Below, piece after piece: positions 33,688 through 47,400 of a stretch of 64,000 bases of DNA. This DNA is from the human T2T-CHM13v2.0 reference genome, Homo sapiens. The stretch's first letter is position 1, and each line of letters starts with the position of its first letter. The translations under genes and the position numbers were made by a program. Where the stretch lies: the NCBI RefSeq assembly GCF_009914755.1, contig NC_060931.1; one strand, given 5' to 3'. Under the pieces are notes generated by a model that saw only the letters and a list, made by a program, of their open reading frames with translations, was not told where the DNA came from and did no database searches.

Positions 33688-36600
33688 CCCGGCCTCTGCC
33701 TCCCTCATGGCGGCCTCTGCAGGCCCAGCTGTTCCTCCTGGCTGCATCTCTCGGCCCAGCTCCTGCCTCCCAGCAGGCAAGCTCTTTTGGCTCAGCTCCC
33801 TCCAGCGTTTGTAGACCCCGAAGTTTCTGCAGCCAAGCTCTTCAGGCCCACATCCTGCCTCCCGGTGGCCTGTACAGTCCCAGCTCTGGCAGCAGAAGAG
33901 CGTCAGCAGGCCCCGCTGTTGCCTCCCAGGGGCGTCTCCAGGCCCAGCTCTCGCCCCACTACGGCCTCCCGCGGCCAAGTCCCTGCCTGCTCCCGGCAGC
34001 CTGCGTACGGCCCTGCTCCTCCCTCACGGTGGCCTGTTGAGGCAGGGGCTCACGCTGACCTCTCTCGGCGTGGGAGGGGCCGGTGTGAGGCAAGGGCTCA
34101 CGCTGACCTCTCTCGGCGTGGGAGGGGCCGGTGTGAGGCAAGGGGCTCACGCTGACCTCTCTCGGCGTGAGAGGGGCCGGTGTGAGGCAAGGGGCTCACG
34201 CTGACCTCTCTCTGCGTGGGAGGGGCCGGTGTGAGCCAAGGGGTCAGTGTGGGAGGGGCCGGTGTGAGGCAAGGGGCTCACGCCGACCTCTCTCAGCGTG
34301 GGAGGAGCCAGTGTGAGGCAGGGACTCACGCCTCTGCGCAGGGTGCCAGCGGCATGAGTTGGGCATCAACAGGCCACCGTGAGGGAGGAACTGGGCCGCA
34401 CGCGGGCTGCCGGGAGGCCGCCGTGGGGGCGAGAGCTGGGCCTGGAGAGGCCCCTGGGAGGCAAGAGCGGGACCTGCAGAGGCTGTTCTACCGCCAGAGC
34501 TGGGCCTGTACAGGCCACCGAGAGGCAGTAGGCGGGCGCGAAGAGCTTGGCTCGAGAAAGTTCGGGGCCTACAAAGGCGGTTTTGAGCTGGGCAGGAGTT
34601 GAGCCCAAAGAGCTTGCTTACTTGCTGGGAGGCAGGGCCGGGAGACGCTGACTTCAGGACGACTTGGGCCTGCAGAGGTCGCCAGGAGGCCCAAGCTGGG
34701 CGCGGAGGAGCCCACCGACCGGAGACCGTTTGGGGCCTGGAGACGCCATCGGAGGGCAGGAGCTGATCCTGGAGAGGCCACCGTGAGGCCTGACCTGGGC
34801 CTGGGGAGCTTGGCTTGAGGAAGCTGTGGGCCGACCAAGGCCGCCAGGAGATGGGCAGGCGCTGAGTCCAAAGAGGTTGTTGGGAGGCAGCAGTCGGGCC
34901 TGGAGACGCAGCCGGGAGGAAGAGCTGGGCCCGGAGAGGACGCCGGGAGGCTGCATGTGGGTCTGGAGAGGCCGACTTGAGGAGGCCCGGCCTCTGCCTC
35001 CCTCATGGCGGCCTCTGCAGGCCCAGCTGTTCCTCCTGGCTGCATCTCTCGGCCCAGCTCCTGCCTCCCAGCAGGCAAGCTCTTTTGGCTCAGCTCCCTC
35101 CAGCGTTTGTAGACCCCGAAGTTTCTGCAGCCAAGCTCTTCAGGCCCACATCCTGCCTCCCGGTGGCCTGTACAGTCCCAGCTCTGGCAGCAGAAGAGCG
35201 TCAGCAGGCCCCGCTGTTGCCTCCCAGGGGCGTCTCCAGGCCCAGCTCTCGCCCCACCACGGCCTCCCGCGGCCAAGTCCCTGCCTGCTCCCGGCAGCCT
35301 GCGTACGGCCCTCCTCCTCCCTCACGGTGGCCTGTTGAGGCAGGGGCTCACGCTGACCTCTCTCGGCGTGGGAGGGGCCGGTGTGAGGCAAGGGCTCACG
35401 CTGACCTCTCTCGGCGTGGGAGGGGCCGGTGTGAGGCAAGGGGCTCACGCTGACCTCTCTCGGCGTGAGAGGGGCCGGTGTGAGGCAAGGGGCTCACGCT
35501 GACCTCTCTCTGCGTGGGAGGGGCCGGTGTGAGCCAAGGGGTCAGTGTGGGAGGGGCCGGTGTGAGGCAAGGGGCTCACGCCGACCTCTCTCAGCGTGGG
35601 AGGAGCCAGTGTGAGGCAGGGACTCACGCCTCTGCGCAGGGTGCCAGCGGCATGAGTTGGGCATCAACAGGCCACCGTGAGGGAGGAACTGGGCCGCACG
35701 CGGGCTGCCGGGAGGCCGCCGTGGGGGCGAGAGCTGGGCCTGGAGAGGCCCCTGGGAGGCAAGAGCGGGACCTGCAGAGGCTGTTCTACCGCCAGAGCTG
35801 GGCCTGTACAGGCCACCGAGAGGCAGTAGGCGGGCGCGAAGAGCTTGGCTCGAGAAAGTTCGGGGCCTACAAAGGCGGTTTTGAGCTGGGCAGGAGTTGA
35901 GCCCAAAGAGCTTGCTTACTTGCTGGGAGGCAGGGCCGGGAGACGCTGACTTCAGGACGACTTGGGCCTGCAGAGGTCGCCAGGAGGCCCAAGCTGGGCG
36001 CGGAGGAGCCCACCGACCGGAGACCGTTTGGGGCCTGGAGACGCCATCGGAGGGCAGGAGCTGATCCTGGAGAGGCCACCGTGAGGCCTGACCTGGGCCT
36101 GGGGAGCTTGGCTTGAGGAAGCTGTGGGCCGACCAAGGCCGCCAGGAGATGGGCAGGCGCTGAGTCCAAAGAGGTTGTTGGGAGGCAGCAGTCGGGCCTG
36201 GAGACGCAGCCGGGAGGAAGAGCTGGGCCCGGAGAGGACGCCGGGAGGCTGCATGTGGGTCTGGAGAGGCCGACTTGAGGAGGCCCGGCCTCTGCCTCCC
36301 TCATGGCGGCCTCTGCAGGCCCAGCTGTTCCTCCTGGCTGCATCTCTCGGCCCAGCTCCTGCCTCCCAGCAGGCAAGCTCTTTTGGCTCAGCTCCCTCCA
36401 GCGTTTGTAGACCCCGAAGTTTCTGCAGCCAAGCTCTTCAGGCCCACATCCTGCCTCCCGGTGGCCTGTACAGTCCCAGCTCTGGCAGCAGAAGAGCGTC
36501 AGCAGGCCCCGCTGTTGCCTCCCAGGGGCGTCTCCAGGCCCAGCTCTCGCCCCACCACGGCCTCCCGCGGCCAAGTCCCTGCCTGCTCCCGGCAGCCTGC

Positions 36601-39600
36601 GTACGGCCCTGCTCCTCCCTCACGGTGGCCTGTTGAGGCAGGGGCTCACGCTGACCTCTCTCGGCGTGGGAGGGGCCGGTGTGAGGCAAGGGCTCACGCT
36701 GACCTCTCTCGGCGTGGGAGGGGCCGGTGTGAGGCAAGGGGCTCACGCCGACCTCTCTCGGCGTGAGAGGGGCCGGTGTGAGGCAAGGGGCTCACGCTGA
36801 CCTCTCTCTGCGTGGGAGGGGCCGGTGTGAGCCAAGGGGTCAGTGTGGGAGGGGCCGGTGTGAGGCAAGGGGCTCACGCCGACCTCTCTCAGCGTGGGAG
36901 GAGCCAGTGTGAGGCAGGGACTCACGCCTCTGCGCAGGGTGCCAGCGGCATGAGTTGGGCATCAACAGGCCACCGTGAGGGAGGAACTGGGCCGCACGCG
37001 GGCTGCCGGGAGGCCGCCGTGGGGGCGAGAGCTGGGCCTGGAGAGGCCCCTGGGAGGCAAGAGCGGGACCTGCAGAGGCTGTTCTACCGCCAGAGCTGGG
37101 CCTGTACAGGCCACCGAGAGGCAGTAGGCGGGCGCGAAGAGCTTGGCTCGAGAAAGTTCGGGGCCTACAAAGGCGGTTTTGAGCTGGGCAGGAGTTGAGC
37201 CCAAAGAGCTTGCTTACTTGCTGGGAGGCAGGGCCGGGAGACGCTGACTTCAGGACGACTTGGGCCTGCAGAGGTCGCCAGGAGGCCCAAGCTGGGCGCG
37301 GAGGAGCCCACCGACCGGAGACCGTTTGGGGCCTGGAGACGCCATCGGAGGGCAGGAGCTGATCCTGGAGAGGCCACCGTGAGGCCTGACCTGGGCCTGG
37401 GGAGCTTGGCTTGAGGAAGCTGTGGGCCGACCAAGGCCGCCAGGAGATGGGCAGGCGCTGAGTCCAAAGAGGTTGTTGGGAGGCAGCAGTCGGGCCTGGA
37501 GACGCAGCCGGGAGGAAGAGCTGGGCCCGGAGAGGACGCCGGGAGGCCGCATGTGGGTCTGGAGAGGCCGACTTGAGGAGGCCCGGCCTCTGCCTCCCTC
37601 AGGGCGGCCTCTGCAGGCCCAGCTGTTCCTCCTGGCTGCATCTCTCGGCCCAGCTCCTGCCTCCCAGCAGGCAAGCTCTTTTGGCTCAGCTCCCTCCAGC
37701 GTTTGTAGACCCCGAAGTTTCTGCAGCCAAGCTCTTCAGGCCCACATCCTGCCTCCCGGTGGCCTGTACAGTCCCAGCTCTGGCAGCAGAAGAGCGTCAG
37801 CAGGCCCCGCTGTTGCCTCCCAGGGGCGTCTCCAGGCCCAGCTCTCGCCCCACCACGGCCTCCCGCGGCCAAGTCCCTGCCTGCTCCCGGCAGCCTGCGT
37901 ACGGCCCTGCTCCTCCCTCACGGTGGCCTGTTGAGGCAGGGGCTCACGCTGACCTCTCTCGGCGTGGGAGGGGCCGGTGTGAGGCAAGGGCTCACGCTGA
38001 CCTCTCTCGGCGTGGGAGGGGCCGGTGTGAGGCAAGGGGCTCACGCTGACCTCTCTCGGCGTGAGAGGGGCCGGTGTGAGGCAAGGGGCTCACGCTGACC
38101 TCTCTCTGCGTGGGAGGGGCCGGTGTGAGCCAAGGGGTCAGTGTGGGAGGGGCCGGTGTGAGGCAAGGGGCTCACGCCGACCTCTCTCAGCGTGGGAGGA
38201 GCCAGTGTGAGGCAGGGACTCACGCCTCTGCGCAGGGTGCCAGCGGCATGAGTTGGGCATCAACAGGCCACCGTGAGGGAGGAACTGGGCCGCACGCGGG
38301 CTGCCGGGAGGCCGCCGTGGGGGCGAGAGCTGGGCCTGGAGAGGCCCCTGGGAGGCAAGAGCGGGACCTGCAGAGGCTGTTCTACCGCCAGAGCTGGGCC
38401 TGTACAGGCCACCGAGAGGCAGTAGGCGGGCGCGAAGAGCTTGGCTCGAGAAAGTTCGGGGCCTACAAAGGCGGTTTTGAGCTGGGCAGGAGTTGAGCCC
38501 AAAGAGCTTGCTTACTTGCTGGGAGGCAGGGCCGGGAGACGCTGACTTCAGGACGACTTGGGCCTGCAGAGGTCGCCAGGAGGCCCAAGCTGGGCGCGGA
38601 GGAGCCCACCGACCGGAGACCGTTTGGGGCCTGGAGACGCCATCGGAGGGCAGGAGCTGATCCTGGAGAGGCCACCGTGAGGCCTGACCTGGGCCTGGGG
38701 AGCTTGGCTTGAGGAAGCTGTGGGCCGACCAAGGCCGCCAGGAGATGGGCAGGCGCTGAGTCCAAAGAGGTTGTTGGGAGGCAGCAGTCGGGCCTGGAGA
38801 CGCAGCCGGGAGGAAGAGCTGGGCCCGGAGAGGACGCCGGGAGGCTGCATGTGGGTCTGGAGAGGCCGACTTGAGGAGGCCCGGCCTCTGCCTCCCTCAT
38901 GGCGGCCTCTGCAGGCCCAGCTGTTCCTCCTGGCTGCATCTCTCGGCCCAGCTCCTGCCTCCCAGCAGGCAAGCTCTTTTGGCTCAGCTCCCTCCAGCGT
39001 TTGTAGACCCCGAAGTTTCTGCAGCCAAGCTCTTCAGGCCCACATCCTGCCTCCCGGTGGCCTGTACAGTCCCAGCTCTGGCAGCAGAAGAGCGTCAGCA
39101 GGCCCCGCTGTTGCCTCCCAGGGGCGTCTCCAGGCCCAGCTCTCGCCCCACCACGGCCTCCCGCGGCCAAGTCCCTGCCTGCTCCCGGCAGCCTGCGTAC
39201 GGCCCTGCTCCTCCCTCACGGTGGCCTGTTGAGGCAGGGGCTCACGCTGACCTCTCTCGGCGTGGGAGGGGCCGGTGTGAGGCAAGGGCTCACGCTGACC
39301 TCTCTCGGCGTGGGAGGGGCCGGTGTGAGGCAAGGGGCTCACGCTGACCTCTCTCGGCGTGAGAGGGGCCGGTGTGAGGCAAGGGGCTCACGCTGACCTC
39401 TCTCTGCGTGGGAGGGGCCGGTGTGAGCCAAGGGGTCAGTGTGGGAGGGGCCGGTGTGAGGCAAGGGGCTCACGCCGACCTCTCTCAGCGTGGGAGGAGC
39501 CAGTGTGAGGCAGGGACTCACGCCTCTGCGCAGGGTGCCAGCGGCATGAGTTGGGCATCAACAGGCCACCGTGAGGGAGGAACTGGGCCGCACGCGGGCT

Positions 39601-40177
39601 GCCGGGAGGCCGCCGTGGGGGCGAGAGCTGGGCCTGGAGAGGCCCCTGGGAGGCAAGAGCGGGACCTGCAGAGGCTGTTCTACCGCCAGAGCTGGGCCTG
39701 TACAGGCCACCGAGAGGCAGTAGGCGGGCGCGAAGAGCTTGGCTCGAGAAAGTTCGGGGCCTACAAAGGCGGTTTTGAGCTGGGCAGGAGTTGAGCCCAA
39801 AGAGCTTGCTTACTTGCTGGGAGGCAGGGCCGGGAGACGCTGACTTCAGGACGACTTGGGCCTGCAGAGGTCGCCAGGAGGCCCAAGCTGGGCGCGGAGG
39901 AGCCCACCGACCGGAGACCGTTTGGGGCCTGGAGACGCCATCGGAGGGCAGGAGCTGATCCTGGAGAGGCCACCGTGAGGCCTGACCTGGGCCTGGGGAG
40001 CTTGGCTTGAGGAAGCTGTGGGCCGACCAAGGCCGCCAGGAGATGGGCAGGCGCTGAGTCCAAAGAGGTTGTTGGGAGGCAGCAGTCGGGCCTGGAGACG
40101 CAGCCGGGAGGAAGAGCTGGGCCCGGAGAGGACGCCGGGAGGCTGCATGTGGGTCTGGAGAGGCCGACTTGAGGAGG

Positions 40178-41442
40178 CCCGGCCTCTGCCTCCCTCATGG
40201 CGGCCTCTGCAGGCCCAGCTGTTCCTCCTGGCTGCATCTCTCGGCCCAGCTCCTGCCTCCCAGCAGGCAAGCTCTTTTGGCTCAGCTCCCTCTAGCGTTT
40301 GTAGACCCCGAAGTTTCTGCAGCCAAGCTCTTCAGGCCCACATCCTGCCTCCCGGTGGCCTGTACAGTCCCAGCTCTGGCAGCAGAAGAGCGTCAGCAGG
40401 CCCCGCTGTTGCCTCCCAGGGGCGTCTCCAGGCCCAGCTCTCGCCCCACCACGGCCTCCCGCGGCCAAGTCCCTGCCTGCTCCCGGCAGCCTGCGTACGG
40501 CCCTGCTCCTCCCTCACGGTGGCCTGTTGAGGCAGGGGCTCACGCTGACCTCTCTCGGCGTGGGAGGGGCCGGTGTGAGGCAAGGGCTCACGCTGACCTC
40601 TCTCGGCGTGAGAGGGGCCGGTGTGAGGCAAGGGGCTCACGCTGACCTCTCTCGGCGTGAGAGGGGCCGGTGTGAGGCAAGGGGCTCACGCTGACCTCTC
40701 TCTGCGTGGGAGGGGCCGGTGTGAGGCAAGGGGCTCACGCCGACCTCTCTCAGCGTGGGAGGAGCCAGTGTGAGGCAGGGACTCACGCCTCTGCGCAGGG
40801 TGCCAGCGGCATGAGTTGGGCATCAACAGGCCACCGTGAGGGAGGAACTGGGCCGCACGCGGGCTGCCGGGAGGCCGCCGTGGGGGCGAGAGCTGGGCCT
40901 GGAGAGGCCCCTGGGAGGCAAGAGCGGGACCTGCAGAGGCTGTTCTACCGCCAGAGCTGGGCCTGTACAGGCCACCGAGAGGCAGTAGGCGGGCGCGAAG
41001 AGCTTGGCTCGAGAAAGTTCGGGGCCTACAAAGGCGGTTTTGAGCTGGGCAGGAGTTGAGCCCAAAGAGCTTGCTTACTTGCTGGGAGGCAGGGCCGGGA
41101 GACGCTGACTTCAGGACGACTTGGGCCTGCAGAGGTCGCCAGGAGGCCCAAGCTGGGCGCGGAGGAGCCCACCGACCGGAGACCGTTTGGGGCCTGGAGA
41201 CGCCATCGGAGGGCAGGAGCTGATCCTGGAGAGGCCACCGTGAGGCCTGACCTGGGCCTGGGGAGCTTGGCTTGAGGAAGCTGTGGGCCGACCAAGGCCG
41301 CCAGGAGATGGGCAGGCGCTGAGTCCAAAGAGGTTGTTGGGAGGCAGCAGTCGGGCCTGGAGACGCAGCCGGGAGGAAGAGCTGGGCCCGGAGAGGACGC
41401 CGGGAGGCTGCATGTGGGTCTGGAGAGGCCGACTTGAGGAGG
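40178..41442. repeat. Short unit 32 (1265 bp), lacking the 33-bp truncated monomer
   Basis: Anchor spacing 40169 to 41434 is 1265; 'gagccaaggggtcagt' is absent at ~40720. Confidence 0.95.
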
Positions 41443-44400
41443 CCCGGCCTCTGCCTCCCTCAGGGCGGCCTCTGCAGGCCCAGCTGTTCCTCCTGGCTGC
41501 ATCTCTCGGCCCAGCTCCTGCCTCCCAGCAGGCAAGCTCTTTTGGCTCAGCTCCCTCCAGCGTTTGTAGACCCCGAAGTTTCTGCAGCCAAGCTCTTCAG
41601 GCCCACATCCTGCCTCCCGGTGGCCTGTACAGTCCCAGCTCTGGCAGCAGAAGAGCGTCAGCAGGCCCCGCTGTTGCCTCCCAGGGGCGTCTCCAGGCCC
41701 AGCTCTCGCCCCACCACGGCCTCCCGCGGCCAAGTCCCTGCCTGCTCCCGGCAGCCTGCGTACGGCCCTGCTCCTCCCTCACGGTGGCCTGTTGAGGCAG
41801 GGGCTCACGCTGACCTCTCTCGGCGTGGGAGGGGCCGGTGTGAGGCAAGGGCTCACGCTGACCTCTCTCGGCGTGGGAGGGGCCGGTGTGAGGCAAGGGG
41901 CTCACGCTGACCTCTCTCGGCGTGAGAGGGGCCGGTGTGAGGCAAGGGGCTCACGCTGACCTCTCTCTGCGTGGGAGGGGCCGGTGTGAGCCAAGGGGTC
42001 AGTGTGGGAGGGGCCGGTGTGAGGCAAGGGGCTCACGCCGACCTCTCTCAGCGTGGGAGGAGCCAGTGTGAGGCAGGGACTCACGCCTCTGCGCAGGGTG
42101 CCAGCGGCATGAGTTGGGCATCAACAGGCCACCGTGAGGGAGGAACTGGGCCGCACGCGGGCTGCCGGGAGGCCGCCGTGGGGGCGAGAGCTGGGCCTGG
42201 AGAGGCCCCTGGGAGGCAAGAGCGGGACCTGCAGAGGCTGTTCTACCGCCAGAGCTGGGCCTGTACAGGCCACCGAGAGGCAGTAGGCGGGCGCGAAGAG
42301 CTTGGCTCGAGAAAGTTCGGGGCCTACAAAGGCGGTTTTGAGCTGGGCAGGAGTTGAGCCCAAAGAGCTTGCTTACTTGCTGGGAGGCAGGGCCGGGAGA
42401 CGCTGACTTCAGGACGACTTGGGCCTGCAGAGGTCGCCAGGAGGCCCAAGCTGGGCGCGGAGGAGCCCACCGACCGGAGACCGTTTGGGGCCTGGAGACG
42501 CCATCGGAGGGCAGGAGCTGATCCTGGAGAGGCCACCGTGAGGCCTGACCTGGGCCTGGGGAGCTTGGCTTGAGGAAGCTGTGGGCCGACCAAGGCCGCC
42601 AGGAGATGGGCAGGCGCTGAGTCCAAAGAGGTTGTTGGGAGGCAGCAGTCGGGCCTGGAGACGCAGCCGGGAGGAAGAGCTGGGCCCGGAGAGGACGCCG
42701 GGAGGCCGCATGTGGGTCTGGAGAGGCCGACTTGAGGAGGCCCGGCCTCTGCCTCCCTCAGGGCGGCCTCTGCAGGCCCAGCTGTTCCTCCTGGCTGCAT
42801 CTCTCGGCCCAGCTCCTGCCTCCCAGCAGGCAAGCTCTTTTGGCTCAGCTCCCTCCAGCGTTTGTAGACCCCGAAGTTTCTGCAGCCAAGCTCTTCAGGC
42901 CCACATCCTGCCTCCCGGTGGCCTGTACAGTCCCAGCTCTGGCAGCAGAAGAGCGTCAGCAGGCCCCGCTGTTGCCTCCCAGGGGCGTCTCCAGGCCCAG
43001 CTCTCGCCCCACCACGGCCTCCCGCGGCCAAGTCCCTGCCTGCTCCCGGCAGCCTGCGTACGGCCCTGCTCCTCCCTCACGGTGGCCTGTTGAGGCAGGG
43101 GCTCACGCTGACCTCTCTCGGCGTGGGAGGGGCCGGTGTGAGGCAAGGGCTCACGCTGACCTCTCTCGGCGTGGGAGGGGCCGGTGTGAGGCAAGGGGCT
43201 CACGCCGACCTCTCTCGGCGTGAGAGGGGCCGGTGTGAGGCAAGGGGCTCACGCTGACCTCTCTCTGCGTGGGAGGGGCCGGTGTGAGCCAAGGGGTCAG
43301 TGTGGGAGGGGCCGGTGTGAGGCAAGGGGCTCACGCCGACCTCTCTCAGCGTGGGAGGAGCCAGTGTGAGGCAGGGACTCACGCCTCTGCGCAGGGTGCC
43401 AGCGGCATGAGTTGGGCATCAACAGGCCACCGTGAGGGAGGAACTGGGCCGCACGCGGGCTGCCGGGAGGCCGCCGTGGGGGCGAGAGCTGGGCCTGGAG
43501 AGGCCCCTGGGAGGCAAGAGCGGGACCTGCAGAGGCTGTTCTACCGCCAGAGCTGGGCCTGTACAGGCCACCGAGAGGCAGTAGGCGGGCGCGAAGAGCT
43601 TGGCTCGAGAAAGTTCGGGGCCTACAAAGGCGGTTTTGAGCTGGGCAGGAGTTGAGCCCAAAGAGCTTGCTTACTTGCTGGGAGGCAGGGCCGGGAGACG
43701 CTGACTTCAGGACGACTTGGGCCTGCAGAGGTCGCCAGGAGGCCCAAGCTGGGCGCGGAGGAGCCCACCGACCGGAGACCGTTTGGGGCCTGGAGACGCC
43801 ATCGGAGGGCAGGAGCTGATCCTGGAGAGGCCACCGTGAGGCCTGACCTGGGCCTGGGGAGCTTGGCTTGAGGAAGCTGTGGGCCGACCAAGGCCGCCAG
43901 GAGATGGGCAGGCGCTGAGTCCAAAGAGGTTGTTGGGAGGCAGCAGTCGGGCCTGGAGACGCAGCCGGGAGGAAGAGCTGGGCCCGGAGAGGACGCCGGG
44001 AGGCCGCATGTGGGTCTGGAGAGGCCGACTTGAGGAGGCCCGGCCTCTGCCTCCCTCAGGGCGGCCTCTGCAGGCCCAGCTGTTCCTCCTGGCTGCATCT
44101 CTCGGCCCAGCTCCTGCCTCCCAGCAGGCAAGCTCTTTTGGCTCAGCTCCCTCCAGCGTTTGTAGACCCCGAAGTTTCTGCAGCCAAGCTCTTCAGGCCC
44201 ACATCCTGCCTCCCGGTGGCCTGTACAGTCCCAGCTCTGGCAGCAGAAGAGCGTCAGCAGGCCCCGCTGTTGCCTCCCAGGGGCGTCTCCAGGCCCAGCT
44301 CTCGCCCCACCACGGCCTCCCGCGGCCAAGTCCCTGCCTGCTCCCGGCAGCCTGCGTACGGCCCTGCTCCTCCCTCACGGTGGCCTGTTGAGGCAGGGGC

Positions 44401-47400
44401 TCACGCTGACCTCTCTCGGCGTGGGAGGGGCCGGTGTGAGGCAAGGGCTCACGCTGACCTCTCTCGGCGTGGGAGGGGCCGGTGTGAGGCAAGGGGCTCA
44501 CGCCGACCTCTCTCGGCGTGAGAGGGGCCGGTGTGAGGCAAGGGGCTCACGCTGACCTCTCTCTGCGTGGGAGGGGCCGGTGTGAGCCAAGGGGTCAGTG
44601 TGGGAGGGGCCGGTGTGAGGCAAGGGGCTCACGCCGACCTCTCTCAGCGTGGGAGGAGCCAGTGTGAGGCAGGGACTCACGCCTCTGCGCAGGGTGCCAG
44701 CGGCATGAGTTGGGCATCAACAGGCCACCGTGAGGGAGGAACTGGGCCGCACGCGGGCTGCCGGGAGGCCGCCGTGGGGGCGAGAGCTGGGCCTGGAGAG
44801 GCCCCTGGGAGGCAAGAGCGGGACCTGCAGAGGCTGTTCTACCGCCAGAGCTGGGCCTGTACAGGCCACCGAGAGGCAGTAGGCGGGCGCGAAGAGCTTG
44901 GCTCGAGAAAGTTCGGGGCCTACAAAGGCGGTTTTGAGCTGGGCAGGAGTTGAGCCCAAAGAGCTTGCTTACTTGCTGGGAGGCAGGGCCGGGAGACGCT
45001 GACTTCAGGACGACTTGGGCCTGCAGAGGTCGCCAGGAGGCCCAAGCTGGGCGCGGAGGAGCCCACCGACCGGAGACCGTTTGGGGCCTGGAGACGCCAT
45101 CGGAGGGCAGGAGCTGATCCTGGAGAGGCCACCGTGAGGCCTGACCTGGGCCTGGGGAGCTTGGCTTGAGGAAGCTGTGGGCCGACCAAGGCCGCCAGGA
45201 GATGGGCAGGCGCTGAGTCCAAAGAGGTTGTTGGGAGGCAGCAGTCGGGCCTGGAGACGCAGCCGGGAGGAAGAGCTGGGCCCGGAGAGGACGCCGGGAG
45301 GCCGCATGTGGGTCTGGAGAGGCCGACTTGAGGAGGCCCGGCCTCTGCCTCCCTCAGGGCGGCCTCTGCAGGCCCAGCTGTTCCTCCTGGCTGCATCTCT
45401 CGGCCCAGCTCCTGCCTCCCAGCAGGCAAGCTCTTTTGGCTCAGCTCCCTCCAGCGTTTGTAGACCCCGAAGTTTCTGCAGCCAAGCTCTTCAGGCCCAC
45501 ATCCTGCCTCCCGGTGGCCTGTACAGTCCCAGCTCTGGCAGCAGAAGAGCGTCAGCAGGCCCCGCTGTTGCCTCCCAGGGGCGTCTCCAGGCCCAGCTCT
45601 CGCCCCACCACGGCCTCCCGCGGCCAAGTCCCTGCCTGCTCCCGGCAGCCTGCGTACGGCCCTGCTCCTCCCTCACGGTGGCCTGTTGAGGCAGGGGCTC
45701 ACGCTGACCTCTCTCGGCGTGGGAGGGGCCGGTGTGAGGCAAGGGCTCACGCTGACCTCTCTCGGCGTGGGAGGGGCCGGTGTGAGGCAAGGGGCTCACG
45801 CCGACCTCTCTCGGCGTGAGAGGGGCCGGTGTGAGGCAAGGGGCTCACGCTGACCTCTCTCTGCGTGGGAGGGGCCGGTGTGAGCCAAGGGGTCAGTGTG
45901 GGAGGGGCCGGTGTGAGGCAAGGGGCTCACGCCGACCTCTCTCAGCGTGGGAGGAGCCAGTGTGAGGCAGGGACTCACGCCTCTGCGCAGGGTGCCAGCG
46001 GCATGAGTTGGGCATCAACAGGCCACCGTGAGGGAGGAACTGGGCCGCACGCGGGCTGCCGGGAGGCCGCCGTGGGGGCGAGAGCTGGGCCTGGAGAGGC
46101 CCCTGGGAGGCAAGAGCGGGACCTGCAGAGGCTGTTCTACCGCCAGAGCTGGGCCTGTACAGGCCACCGAGAGGCAGTAGGCGGGCGCGAAGAGCTTGGC
46201 TCGAGAAAGTTCGGGGCCTACAAAGGCGGTTTTGAGCTGGGCAGGAGTTGAGCCCAAAGAGCTTGCTTACTTGCTGGGAGGCAGGGCCGGGAGACGCTGA
46301 CTTCAGGACGACTTGGGCCTGCAGAGGTCGCCAGGAGGCCCAAGCTGGGCGCGGAGGAGCCCACCGACCGGAGACCGTTTGGGGCCTGGAGACGCCATCG
46401 GAGGGCAGGAGCTGATCCTGGAGAGGCCACCGTGAGGCCTGACCTGGGCCTGGGGAGCTTGGCTTGAGGAAGCTGTGGGCCGACCAAGGCCGCCAGGAGA
46501 TGGGCAGGCGCTGAGTCCAAAGAGGTTGTTGGGAGGCAGCAGTCGGGCCTGGAGACGCAGCCGGGAGGAAGAGCTGGGCCCGGAGAGGACGCCGGGAGGC
46601 CGCATGTGGGTCTGGAGAGGCCGACTTGAGGAGGCCCGGCCTCTGCCTCCCTCAGGGCGGCCTCTGCAGGCCCAGCTGTTCCTCCTGGCTGCATCTCTCG
46701 GCCCAGCTCCTGCCTCCCAGCAGGCAAGCTCTTTTGGCTCAGCTCCCTCCAGCGTTTGTAGACCCCGAAGTTTCTGCAGCCAAGCTCTTCAGGCCCACAT
46801 CCTGCCTCCCGGTGGCCTGTACAGTCCCAGCTCTGGCAGCAGAAGAGCGTCAGCAGGCCCCGCTGTTGCCTCCCAGGGGCGTCTCCAGGCCCAGCTCTCG
46901 CCCCACCACGGCCTCCCGCGGCCAAGTCCCTGCCTGCTCCCGGCAGCCTGCGTACGGCCCTGCTCCTCCCTCACGGTGGCCTGTTGAGGCAGGGGCTCAC
47001 GCTGACCTCTCTCGGCGTGGGAGGGGCCGGTGTGAGGCAAGGGCTCACGCTGACCTCTCTCGGCGTGGGAGGGGCCGGTGTGAGGCAAGGGGCTCACGCC
47101 GACCTCTCTCGGCGTGAGAGGGGCCGGTGTGAGGCAAGGGGCTCACGCTGACCTCTCTCTGCGTGGGAGGGGCCGGTGTGAGCCAAGGGGTCAGTGTGGG
47201 AGGGGCCGGTGTGAGGCAAGGGGCTCACGCCGACCTCTCTCAGCGTGGGAGGAGCCAGTGTGAGGCAGGGACTCACGCCTCTGCGCAGGGTGCCAGCGGC
47301 ATGAGTTGGGCATCAACAGGCCACCGTGAGGGAGGAACTGGGCCGCACGCGGGCTGCCGGGAGGCCGCCGTGGGGGCGAGAGCTGGGCCTGGAGAGGCCC

